Below, piece after piece: positions 46,521 to 62,049 of a DNA stretch of 64,000 nucleotides. The notes below the pieces were generated by a model that was not told where the DNA came from, did not search any database, and saw nothing but the letters and a program-made list of their open reading frames with translations. The translations under genes were made by a program, and so were the position numbers. The stretch comes from the human T2T-CHM13v2.0 reference genome, Homo sapiens. The first letter of the stretch is position 1. Each line of letters opens with the position of its first letter. The stretch lies in assembly GCF_009914755.1 (NCBI RefSeq), contig NC_060925.1; one strand, given 5' to 3'.

Positions 46521-47371
46521 GTGAGTATAATAATAATTGATACATATTCCTAAATTAATGCTTATAGTGCTTGGTCCTAACATATAGTTACTCTAAGAAT
46601 ATAGGAGAACTGATATTTTAATAATCACTGAATGAAAGTGGCATAATTTTATTTCTTGTCATATGTAGTTTTTTATAATCAGAGAAGATCCCTAAGTAGG
46701 GAATACTATATATGGCAATTTAAGTATTCATGATTAGAGAGATTGTAGGATATGAGCTTACATTGGCATTAGAAGAAATTTTTTTAGATCAATAATTGAA
46801 ACTTTAACAGTAAGTGGATAAATGTAAATATTCTAATATTTTTATATTAGAATATAAGAGGTTAAATTAGTAAACTCCTACAGTTTTTTATTTTATTTTG
46901 GAGAATAACCTTGCGAATTTGTTTATACAGCATTGGTACAGTGAGGGAAGGAAAGAATTGTAAAGTTTCAGTGCAAAAAAATTGGTTTATCCATTTGGAG
47001 GCAACAAAGTGACCAATGGTATTTATTTGCTGTGGTGAGATTTGCAGATGAAATAAGGCAACAAATGCAGATATGTCCATGTGAAATTATAAAAAGTTAT
47101 CAATAATAAGATCTCCACAAATCTGTGATGTCTCTTCGATTTTTGATGTGCTCTAATGAAAACAAAAGAAAATTTATAAAGCTTAGAAGAATCTCATTGA
47201 TTGTATATATATAGTTGATCATAGTAGGAAGAGTTTTATTACTGGCTGCCATTTCCCTTTCTAATTGATTTACATAAGCTTTAAAAGATGTTCCGTTTTT
47301 ATGGCCAGATCTTTTGTAAATGATTCAAAATAGGTGTTGGTATAAATTTCCATAAAAAGTTATCAATTATG

Positions 47372-47671
<300 letters not shown>

Positions 47672-48302
47672 AAAGTTACCAATTATGTATTTTACATTTT
47701 TAAGCAATTTGTTTTCCTCTTATGTATTCTGTGGTGCTTTAGTTTAAAAAAAAAAAATTGTCATTACCTTTCCCCAGCTCTGAAGGAAATTGAGATTAGT
47801 AAAAGTATTATGAGAATAGTATTCTTTTCCACTTTTGACAGCAGTGTGCAGTATTTACTTTTCTCAAGTACCCCTGTGTGCATTATTAAAGTACATTGTA
47901 GTTTTAATGATTGAACAGTATAAGAAAGTATTATTTATTCATGTTTTCGAAGTATTAATTGAATTCTAGACTGTTTCAGATAAAAATGTTTCCTCAGGTG
48001 TCACTTTTACCAAAGGTATCAATACAAGTGATTTTATTAGACAAGATTTTTTCTATGTATTAAAATATCAGTTTAATAATAACTATTCAGAGGAAGAAAA
48101 AGACACCATCTCAAGAAAAAGACACCATCTCATGAAATGCACACAGACTACATTCCAATTTTAGAAACATTAAAGTTTAAGAGTGGAAACAAGGAAATGT
48201 AGTATTTAAGTAATTAAGACTTCATTCCCTATTAGTGTTACAGATATTAAAGTTAAAAGATTAATTTGTAATTTGAAAATAAAACTGTTCTCTTTTTTAC
48301 AG

Positions 48303-48376
48303 ATATTTATTGATAGAGATCCAGCAGCATTTGCACCCATTTTAAATTTTCTTCGGACAAAAGAACTAGACTTAAG
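48303..48376 (+). CDS. KCTD3: KCTD3 exon 4 ([24 protein letters not shown])
   Basis: ttttacag| ... |gtaaga; 74 nt; hallmark BTB motif FIDRD...F..ILNFLR. Confidence 0.97.
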
Positions 48377-48417
48377 GTAAGAAATGCACTCTTTTTAAAG
48401 TAAATTCTTACTGATAA

Positions 48418-48801
<384 letters not shown>

Positions 48802-48826
48802 TGATTAAAAGTTTCCTCACACTGAA

Positions 48827-48940
48827 ACTGGATGTGGTGGTACACGCCTATAATCCCAGCTACTCTAGAGAAGAAGCTGAGGCAGGAGGATCCCTTGAGG
48901 CCGGGAGTTTGAGGCTGCAGTGAGTTATGATCATGCCTCT
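48827..48940 (+). mobile_element. Alu monomer (FLAM/AluJ-like), intron 4
   Basis: gtggtggtacacgcctataatcccagc...gaggctgcagtgag. Confidence 0.75.
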
Positions 48941-49001
48941 GGCCAGTACTGCTGTACTGTTAACACAAATAGTTTCGAAATAGAATAAGAAAGTTTGAAG
49001 C

Positions 49002-49268
49002 TTTTTTTTTTTGAGACTGAGTCTTACTCTGTCACCCAGACTCACTGCAATCTCCACCTCCCGGGTTCACGCCATTCTCCTGCCTTAGCCTCCCAAGTAG
49101 CTGGGACTACAGGCACCCGCCACCACACCCGGCTAATTTTTTTGTATTTTTAGTAGAGATGGGGTTTCACCGTTTTAGTCATGATGGTCTCCATCTCCTC
49201 ACCTCGTAATCCACCCGCCTTGGCCTCCCAAAGTGCTGGGATTACAGGTGTGAGCCACCGCCCCCAGA
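49002..49268 (-). mobile_element. AluY-like with a short internal deletion, intron 4
   Basis: gtcacccaga|ctcactgcaa junction. Confidence 0.88.
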
Positions 49269-50071
49269 CACAAAGTTTTAAGCATTTTTAATGTTAAACT
49301 AGTCATAACCAGTTTCACAAATAAAAACAATTTAACATAGTAATTGTATATATTTATCAAGGCTGGGGAATATTTTTAAAATAAGGACAAATTACAACTG
49401 AAACCTAAGATGAATTATTAGTATTATAAGTTCTGAATCTTCCATTTTTTAAAAATTTTATTTCATGTTACTTAACTTTACTACTATGAAGTAGCATCAT
49501 TTCATCTGGATAACATAGCCCTTCCCAAGGCTAGTCTTTTTTTTTTTTCTATTTTATTTGTTCAACAAATATTTATTACATAACTATTTTATACAAGCAC
49601 TATGCTAGGCACTGTGAGGTATACAAACATAGATCAGAAATAGATCATGCTCGCAGGGAATTTATAGTGTAATTGGGGAGATTAAGATAGATATGTATAG
49701 AAATAATTGCGATAAAAAGTTAAAAGCAACTAATGCCATAAAAGAATGGTTTCCATTCTATCGTTTGCCTTCTAGACAATTTATTTGTACTAGCCTGATA
49801 GAGCCCTAATCTCTCCTTTAGTGACCCAATTCATATATATGTATATATATGAATGGTTTTTAAGTAGATAACAGAATATTTTTGTTCACATGCAGTTTTT
49901 ATTTACACTTTTTAATGATTAAGGATAATAGAAATAAAGAGTATTAGGAGGAAAATAATTTTTAAAGCCTTATGACTATATACATGAAGAACCTAGAATT
50001 TTTTCCTTTCATGTCAGATGATAATACAGGTTTCCAGTGTTAGAGAATTTACATCATTTGTTTCTTTGTAG

Positions 50072-50130
50072 GGGAGTGAGTATTAATGTTCTCAGGCATG
50101 AAGCAGAATTTTACGGGATCACTCCATTAG
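50072..50130 (+). CDS. KCTD3: KCTD3 exon 5 ([19 protein letters not shown])
   Basis: tttgtag| ... |gtatgt; 59 nt; BTB motif EAEFYGI. Confidence 0.96.
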
Positions 50131-50402
50131 GTATGTGCTCTTTTAATATTTGGTGTTTATGATTTGACTCATGTATGAAAGTTGCCCTAAATGAAATGTG
50201 TTTATATCAGGTCCTAATTTTTGATGGACTTGTTCAGTGCTTAGTTTTTGTGGATTTTCATAGTAAAAAGATGTTGTCAACTCTGACTTAATTAAAATTT
50301 TCCTTTTCTTTCCTTATCCTCTTGAACTAGAGAAAATAAAAATGGAGTACTGTTTTTCTGTTTGCATGTACTCTTGACAAGTTTGCTTTGAAATGTTTTT
50401 AG

Positions 50403-50483
50403 TAAGAAGGCTTCTCTTATGTGAAGAATTGGAGCGTTCCTCTTGTGGCAGTGTCCTTTTTCATGGTTACTTGCCCCCACCAG
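50403..50483 (+). CDS. KCTD3: KCTD3 exon 6 ([27 protein letters not shown])
   Basis: gtttttag| ... |gtattt; 81 nt; in frame. Confidence 0.95.
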
Positions 50484-50654
50484 GTATTTTCACTTTATTA
50501 AATCTTTTAAAAAATTCCTTGTATCATTAAGCAAGTACAAGCATATGAATAGGAAAAACTGCTCCTTGATTATTGAGTTTTTTGTCTATAAATCTATTAG
50601 AAATGGTAAGAACTTTTGATTTTTATAGAAATTAAGTCACATTATATATTGGAG

Positions 50655-50846
50655 CAGGGGTTTGGCAAACTTTTTCTGTAAAGAGCCAGATAGATTTTGT
50701 GAGCCAGAGGATCTCTGTGACAGCCACTTAACTCCGCTGTGTATACTACATGAAGACTAGGTTTAACTGTAACCACTACAACTTTATTTACATAAATAGC
50801 ATTGATTGGGCTGGATTTTCCATGGCCCATAGTTTGCTGACCCATA
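50655..50846. mobile_element. MER58A MITE, intron 6
   Basis: cagggg tttggcaaactttttctgtaaa...ccatagtttgctgaccc. Confidence 0.75.
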
Positions 50847-51401
50847 TGTTAGAGCACTGGTTGTCAAACTGCTTTTTTGCAAAATTTAAGGAATTCTGCA
50901 GAGATAAGTCAGTGTCACCTCAGCCCCACTTTAGTTAGAAGAGCCTGATTTTACCTGTGTTATAATGGACTTCTGAGCAAGATTTCATTTTAAAAAATGT
51001 TCCCCTGTCAAATAAAAAATGTTTGAAAGTATGGGGAATTTCAGTTCTAAAGCAGTTAAATTATTACATAGTACCTAACACATAATACCTGTACCATAAT
51101 TGTAAAGAGTGGCTGGCAGACTGAATTAATTACCCATTAATTCAGTAACCTAAAGCTTATTTATTGTAAACAGTATGACAATACCAGAAATCTGTTGACA
51201 GAATTTTGTCTTTGTCTTTGTTTTTTTCATTTTCATTTTATTTTTTAATTGTAATTAAATTATTTGTAATAATTTGCTATATTGGAAGATGTATTTCGGC
51301 TTTAATGAAATTCACATTTTTGTTTCTTTGTCACAATGTGATATTTTTAATTTTTGAAAGGTGAACTTAGGAATGTATTTGTTTTCTTCTTCTCTTTATA
51401 G

Positions 51402-51539
51402 GTATTCCTAGTCGTAAAATAAACAACACAGTCAGATCTGCTGATTCTAGGAATGGTCTAAATTCTACAGAAGGTGAAGCCCGGGGAAATGGTACACAGC
51501 CTGTTCTCTCTGGAACGGGAGAAGAAACTGTTAGGCTAG
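51402..51539 (+). CDS. KCTD3: KCTD3 exon 7 ([46 protein letters not shown])
   Basis: long pyrimidine tract + tag| ... |gtaagc; 138 nt; low-complexity linker. Confidence 0.95.
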
Positions 51540-51741
51540 GTAAGCAAAGATTACAGAAATAGAAAAAGAAAAATACGTATGTTTTTAGTGCTGGGTGATA
51601 TTGAGTAATTACTTTTAAAGATTTTTGCCTCATCTCCTTTTTTATCCAGATTTATCATTTATATCTTGGAAAGGTCTCATTTAACACTTAATTTTTATTT
51701 AAAATGTTGTGTAATCTTCTATCTTCTCTGAATCTTTAGAA

Positions 51742-52271
<530 letters not shown>

Positions 52272-52310
52272 GTTTAGAATGTAAAATATTTCTTTTTCCA
52301 AAATCAACAG

Positions 52311-52401
52311 GATTTCCTGTGGATCCACGAAAGGTGCTAATAGTAGCTGGCCATCACAACTGGATTGTAGCTGCATATGCCCATTTTGCTGTGTGTTACA
52401 G
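52311..52401 (+). CDS. KCTD3: KCTD3 exon 8 ([31 protein letters not shown])
   Basis: caacag| ... |gtagtg; 91 nt; KCTD3/SHKBP1-type AGHHNWI segment. Confidence 0.95.
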
Positions 52402-53381
52402 GTAGTGTATAATTAATAATGCTTTGCTTTTACAGGTGGCAGTTTGAAAATTAATTGTGATTTTATATTTTTAGATTGAAAAGCTATTTTTTTTTAGTCA
52501 TCAAGTTTTTTCCCTGCATATTTTACCCATGTCTGTATCATCTGATTAAGATTTAGTGTACTTTTATTTTCACAGCTAATTTGGTAAATGTTTCTGATAG
52601 CCTTTATCTGTTGTAAACATTTAGCAGACAAGTGTGAATTGTCATGTAACTGAGATATCCTGATGTATTATTTATTGCTTATACCTAGCTTCTGAGACTG
52701 TAGTATATAATGATGTTAGACAGGATTATTAATGTGAGCTCCCTGATGGTCTATCTCTAATGATTCAGTGTTTTGTATTCTATAGCAAGGGAGAGTACAT
52801 TGGTCATAAATACCACATTTTGGGAAGTGAGGTAGTAAAGCAGGACAGTTATTGCACAAGTGGTATAGTTTAATATCTAATATGTGAAACTTACAAAGAA
52901 GTAGTTTGGTTTTACTAATGCTTACATTCTCAGAGCCTGAGAAGCAATGAAGAATAGTGTAGACCGGTGATTTTTTTTTTTTTAATTGGGAAAGTGATAG
53001 GACTCTTAGTTCAAAATCACTGTACTCATTGAGAAATGTTGATGACAGAGAATGGTGTAGAAGCACAAAAGTGGTTGGAATATACTAGCTTAGATTATTA
53101 TTTCATTTAATTGCAGAAAAATCAAAGATACATAAACTATTTGTTTATCACTGTTGAGTTCGGTTAAGAAAAATAGTCACAATAAGCTGAAAAATATCTA
53201 AAATGTCTTCTAAAGTTTACAGATATAGTTTAAAGAATCCCAGATGTATTTTTTTTTTAAAAATCTGAATTTATGAAAGGTTTGGCATGTCTGGTAAGTG
53301 CTGTTTATATCAGTAATCTCAGGTTTATATTTTCCTTGTAGTAATGATTAAGTGCAGACTTTTATGTTTTAAGAGTGTTTT

Positions 53382-53865
<484 letters not shown>

Positions 53866-54949
53866 TTATGTACATATTTTTGTCAATAAGGAATTCCAGA
53901 AGAATTGTGAAATGATAAGTGATCCAAGTGTAACAGCATAACTTCCGTTTTGTTACTGTACACAATACTAAAGATTGCTCTTTTCCAGAACCACCACATT
54001 ATTACGCAAAATTTAACTCACTGGGTAATAATTGTATGGAGGATGATGCTATTACATTTTCCAGTCTTTGCGTTTGCATTGATCACGATCTTTCTGTGCT
54101 TTCACCAAGTGTCTGACATTTCAGAGCAATATACTCATGTAAAGTGACGAAGGAAGACAATTGAGGACATATTTGGATTTCCTCACATATAGTTAAATCA
54201 TTCAACACAATGGCAATAAAAAGATTTCAAAAGAAAGAAAAATATTTAAACTGTTTAAAAGTGTAATCTTTTTTACAAGTTATTTTTCCTCAAGTTTTTG
54301 TATCAGTAAGTTACAAAACCTTTAAAAAAAGAGTAGTACAGTGAAGACCTGTATGATGTTCTCCTAGCTTCACTAATTTTCTACATGGTTAGGTTTTATG
54401 TTTATGTCCCTTTTTCTTGCTGAGTTTATGACAGTGTTACTTCTATTAACGAAGAGTAGTTGTGTGAATTGCTGCCCCCTTGGGGCTTATATTCCACTTT
54501 AGATCTTTAATCCTTGTGGAGTTTACTTTTTTGTATGTGGTATGAGATTTAAGGATTTATTTTCTTCTCAGTGGGTAGGTAATTATGTTCTGACAATTTA
54601 TTACGTAAATCATTCTTTGTCAGTGAATCTGATAGCCCATTTTATCTTGCTTTATGTGTGTGTATATACTTGGATCTGTTTTTCAGTTCTCTCATTTCCT
54701 TAAGACATATGTCTATTCTCATACAACTTGAGGTGAAGTATGTTCATAATAAGTTTCAAAATCTCACAGGGCATGTCCTCTCTACTGTATTTTATTGAGG
54801 TCTTCATGTAGGAAATAACTAGACGTAACTCTATTCTTCGCATAGCTGTCTTAACCAGAGGGTTGGTTCACTAGGCAGCAGTAAGATGATGGAGAGGTGA
54901 AATAACAGAGCATATTCTTGTTTTATATTTTGTTTTATTTATTATTATA

Positions 54950-55263
<314 letters not shown>

Positions 55264-55521
55264 TTGTTCTACATATTTTAAATGTATTACTTGTATGGAA
55301 AGTTATAGAGCAAATATGTACCTTCTTTGTAATTTTTTAAAAAACAGGTAAATTCACATATCTTATTAAGAGTTAAATTCTGTAGTTGTTATAGTTATTT
55401 TTAAATATGCTGTCCTGATTCTTTTATCCTTTTTTGACATCTCTTTATTGTGTAATACCCTAATTACTATAGAGAAAAACAACTTAGAAGTAATATGTCT
55501 GTAAAAGATGAGATTATATAG

Positions 55522-57592
55522 TTTTTTTTTTTAAGTGAATCCAAGTTTATTAAGAAAGTAAAGGAATAAAAGAATGGCTACTCCATAGCCAGAGCAGCCC
55601 TGAGGGCTGCTTGACTGAGTATACTTACAGTTATTTCTTGATTATATACTAAATAAGGGGTGGATTATTCATGAGTGTTTCAGAAAGGAGCAGGCAATTC
55701 CCAGAACTGAATGTTCCTCCCCTTTTTAGACCATATAGGGTAACTTCCAGACATTAGATGTCATTTGTAAACTATCATGGGGCTGGTGAGAGTGTCTTTT
55801 AGCATGATAATGCATTATAATTAGCGTATAATGAGCAGTGAGGACGACCAGAGGTCACTTTTGTTGCCATCTTGGTTTCAGTTTTGGCTGGCTTCTTTAC
55901 TCCGTCCTGTTTTGTCAGCGGGATCTTTGTGACCTTTACCTTGTGCTGACCTTCCTTGTTACGCTGTGACTAAGAATGCCTAACCTCCTGGGAATGCAGC
56001 CCAGCAGGTCTCAGCCTTATTTTACTCAGTCCCCATTCAACTCTGGTTTGAACACCTCTGACATGTTTTCCCCTTCCCTTTTACAAGGGTACTCTTAATC
56101 CTAAGGGTTTCAGAGGGAGGAAGATTCATCTTCTGTAACTTCTGCAGTCTGAATAGGGATGATGGTATTTCTGCCTATTAGGGTCTTCTGCATTCAGAGT
56201 AGAGGAGAGCTCAGTTAGAAACTGTCAGTATGGTGAGAACTCTGATTTCTGACAAAAAGTGATGACTGAAAAATTAATAAGTGTTCGATTTAAGAAAGCA
56301 CTGAGTAAGCTTATCTTGCATTCCTACACAAAGAGAACAACAGCAGTATATTCTACAATAACAAGGCAAAATAAGTAAAATTATCCCAAGTAAACTAAAT
56401 AAGAAGGCTTTTCATGAACTGGGAAATTGTTGTAACCAAGCTGATATGGAGTTGGAACCAAGCTGATGTGCTAGCCAATTCCAATACATGCCCACAATTA
56501 GAATACTGATCCAGATTTCTGTGTTACCCATGCCTCTTGTTTCTTCTGAACAGCAGCCACAGATCACTGCTTGGTCCACAAGGATAAGCAGGATGAGTCC
56601 AAATTGCAGAAAGAACTCAAAAACTACTGATGAGACAAATCTAATAAAAAGCATACCATAGTTTTTGAAACAATTTTCCTATTTTCAGTCTTTCATTTTT
56701 ACTAAAGAAATCATGGTAGGACTGATTTGTTTGCAAAATAAGCTTTAGTCTTATTATACTTGGCCTGATTATTTGTATAAAGTGCAGCAAGAATAATTAG
56801 TTCCTATATAGGCTCTTTTTAAATTGACTTTGATAGAACTTTGATCCATAAAGAATCTCAAATGAGACTTCTTAAAGCCTTGAGCCTTGCCATGGGTTTA
56901 TCATTGCCTGCAAATACCTGTATGAGTTGGGTAAGTTTCTTTCCTTTTGAGGTTTCATGATAACTTGGGGCTTTTGGGCCTGTCAGAAAGTGACTTTCTT
57001 TACTTACCCCAGACAGGTCAGAAACCTTGTACAGGGACCGTGTAGACAAGATATGTGGCCAGTTTTTCCCAGGGGCTTTTATCAGCTCTATGAGTCAAAT
57101 TTGATTCCTTAAACAAGTCCATATCTGAAAGCATGCTATTCCAGTCAAAGTCTTGGTAAAATAACCAGTTTCTCCAATTGTGTCCTGTTACAAAAGAAAA
57201 CAGATTCTTATTGTAGTTACATATTGCTGTAAGTTAAGAATACTCACAAATAGTTTCCAAATTCTGGAGAAATCAGATAGAGAGAAAGAAATATGCTCCA
57301 AATTTTGTTTATAAGAGTATACTTTACTCAGTTGTTAAAAGCTGCAAAATCTCGAAAGAAAAGTGTTCTTGACTCCAAAGTCAGCTAATTGGTGCTGCAG
57401 TCTATTTCCTTTGGGTTGGGGGTCTCTCCACTATCTCATTTCATGGTTTCCCAGGAAGATGTTACTGGAAAGGGGTCCTCATCCAGACCCCCAAAAAAGA
57501 GTTCTTGGATCTCTCACAAGAAAGAATTCAGGGTGAGTCCTTAGAGTAAAGTGAAAGCAAGTTCATTAAGAAAGTAAAAGAATAAGAGAATG
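55522..57592 (-). mobile_element. MER41 ERV1 element with mRNA-like structure (R-U5 57460-57592; internal 56064-57459; U3-R 55533-56063; poly-A 55522-55532)
   Basis: MER41 LTR text (rc tgtcagaggtgttcaaaccagag...; ...cccctttccagtaaca); polypurine tract beside the 3' LTR; AATAAA followed by A11. Confidence 0.85.
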
Positions 57593-58896
57593 TCAGCAAA
57601 TTTTAGTGTTTATTAGGTAAGTATTTAAGTATTTTCATTTGTTTATCTTAACAAATGAATCCCATCTGGTGGCTGAAGAGGGTGGTTACAAATTACACAA
57701 TGCTTAGGAAAAATTGATACATTTTTCTCTATTGCTTTGAAGTTTAGGGAAATCATTAGTTCTTCAAATTAATATGCTCAATTGTATATTCTTATGAATT
57801 ACAGTTGTATTACTTGGCATACATATTTAAGGGAAAATGAAGTTGATGTATTTTTATTTAGGCCCTTAGGTGACCATCATTTATGAATACCTAAGTTTGC
57901 TTTTTGCAGCGAATGTCAGGTAGTGTGCAAAAGAACGCTTCTTTTCCTTCATCTTCTATATTCTCTTTAGGTAAGCCAAAAGAGAAATTTTATAGTTATG
58001 TTTGCATTATTTGTTGAGTTTAAAAATAGATACTTCATAGTTCAACTCATTCATTATTATGATTACGTAACTGCTAAAGCTCTAAATGTATGAAGGCTGC
58101 TATACATATAATCGCATAGAAAACATTTCTTTAAAACCTAAATTCAGATAGGGCAGAAAGAATTATTAAAAACTGACAGGATATTTATTAGAGAAATTAG
58201 GTATTAAAGAATACATTAGCTTTTACATATGGGTAGTCATATGGAACTGTAGTTCCATAGAGTTTTGCATTTAGACCTTTAAAAACTAGTCTTCAGAGGA
58301 TATCCTGCACCCTATCCTTTTTTATATAATAGTGCTAATGTATTGGAATGCATGTGATACACTCAGTGTTTCTGGATAGACTGTCCATCTGAAGTACAAA
58401 AAGCAAGAGATTCAGTATGTGTCATTTCAGTTAATAAACCCTGAAAAGCTGATTAATAACTGAAAGGAATAATAATTCTGAAATTCAGATTTTTGCTGAT
58501 TGTTCATACTCACAGAAGATGACAGTATCATTTGTGTGTGTGTGCGTGTGTGTAGAGAAACATGAAAGATAAAACTATCTTTTTTTAAAGTTTCTGAAAT
58601 TTTTTAAAATTTGGAGGACTTTACTAAATTATTCTTTGGGGAAATATAGAACTGTAGTCTCTTTCAAGTCGTTATATGTGCTATGTATGCAAGTATACAA
58701 TACCCCAAGGATAATATTGTGGCTTCATAGGCAATATAGATCAACAAAATTTTATTTGTAATAGGAAGGTGGATGGGTAACTGTTTAGTTTTTTTTTTGT
58801 TTTTTGTTGTTGTTTTTTGTTTTTGGTGCATTGATGTGTATTCCGTTTGCTTCATTGCTGCTGAGTCTACCTTATGTGCCTGTTCTTCCTTAACAG

Positions 58897-59087
58897 AATC
58901 AAAGAATCTTCAGGATGGCAGCAAGTGTTTACGAGCCCATATTTGGATTGGACTATCGAACGAGTAGCTTTAAATGCAAAGGTGGTTGGAGGGCCACATG
59001 GAGACAAAGACAAAATGGTTGCTGTTGCCTCAGAGAGTAGCATCATCTTGTGGAGTGTTCAGGATGGGGGAAGTGGAAGTGAAATTG
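58897..59087 (+). CDS. KCTD3: KCTD3 exon 9 ([63 protein letters not shown])
   Basis: cttaacag| ... |gtagga; 191 nt; overlaps ORF-track entry 58874..59119; the next exon lies outside the window. Confidence 0.96.
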
Positions 59088-59440
59088 GTAGGAAGAATCT
59101 TGTTTATGTTGCAATTTGATGATATTAATATTTTGAAGTTTATAAAAGAGATTGACACTGAATATGAAAATTAACCTGGACTGTCAGTTAGCTAGAGCTG
59201 TCACAGTATTTAATGTGGGAGGAATGATCTGATAATGAAGGAAAAATGATGTTTTAGAAAAGACATGGGGAACATCTTTTCACCACTTTAAGTGAAACCT
59301 GGCTGCTCTATGAAAATATTGCTTTTCCTGAATCCCACTTAGTGGTGGATGTTTTCACTGTTTTCTCTCCACCCCTCTCAAACTACTGAACCTGAATGTG
59401 GGGTAAGTCACTTTCTTGCTCCTCATTGTTGCTTCTAGAC

Positions 59441-60995
<1,555 letters not shown>

Positions 60996-61522
60996 GATGT
61001 TCTAGAATAAGCCATGAAATTCATATAAGTTTTCAACACTTTGACTATTTCAGCACTTCCTGTGTTTGTAGCTATGCATTCACATAAAGGATTTTTAATG
61101 ATCAGTTGGAGCTAATACCAGATGGGTACAAGTAAAACACCAGGTCTAGCTAATACCAGCTGGATACAAGTAAAATACCAGGTCCAGCCACATCTATATA
61201 TTCATCTGTTTGCAAGGCAAAAATACAATTCTACAGACAAGAGATTGACTCTCTGCCAAATCTTTAGATTGAAGAGTTACTGTATTATTGAAAAGTTACC
61301 ATGTTATTTCTTCATGGACTTTTCATCTAGCAGGCATTCAGCATTGTCATCTGTTCAAGGCTTTATTAGTCTCTCAGCAATTGGGTATACTTCTCTAGCC
61401 ACTGTGATGTCGTAACTTACCTTTGAGATACTTCATTAGATTTTTCATTTCTAGTTTGAAGGTCTATACCAAACAATTTCTGGATTAAATGAGTTTTTTA
61501 CATCTTTATTTAAAATACTTAA

Positions 61523-61842
61523 TTTCTTTTTCTTCTTTTCTTTCCTTTTTTTTCTGAGACAGGGTCTTGCTCTGTCACACAGGCTGGAGTGCAGTGATGT
61601 GATCCTAGCTCACTGCATCCTCAACCTCCTGGGCCCAGGCACTCAAGCAGTCCCCCCACCTCAGCCTCCTTAGTAGCTAGAACTACAGGCAGGCACCACC
61701 ACGCCTGGCTATTATTTTTTAATCACTGTATAGATAGGGTCTCACTATGTTGCCCAGGTCTTGAATTCCTAAGCTTTAGTGATCCTGCTACCTTGGCTTT
61801 CCAAAGTGCTGGGATTACAGGCATGAGTCGCTGTGCCTGGCC
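61523..61842 (-). mobile_element. Alu (AluJ-like), intron 9
   Basis: diverged antisense dimer. Confidence 0.88.
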
Positions 61843-62049
61843 AATTTCTTTTTGTTTAAACTCTTGGGTATTCAGTCTCAGTGAACCTACAACCGATAGA
61901 TACTATGCAAAAATGTTTTGCTACATAAAGCACAATAAGGTTAAGTTATTAAGATCTATAAAGTTGAGGGAAGATTCCAGATTCCCAGAAGGAAAGAAGG
62001 TGTCCAACATAAACTGCATTGTTTATGCAGTTAGGCTTTTTGTCACCAT

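Noticed and set aside
49829-49854. 12-bp-arm palindrome attcatatatat-gt-atatatatgaat
   Set aside because: Mostly a (TA)n microsatellite, which is self-complementary by nature.
61860-61885. WVFSLSE peptide resembling the expected next KCTD3 segment (GVFSLG)
   Set aside because: No AG acceptor in the right position, similarity ends after 4 residues, and it lies next to an Alu; the true exon 10 is beyond the window.
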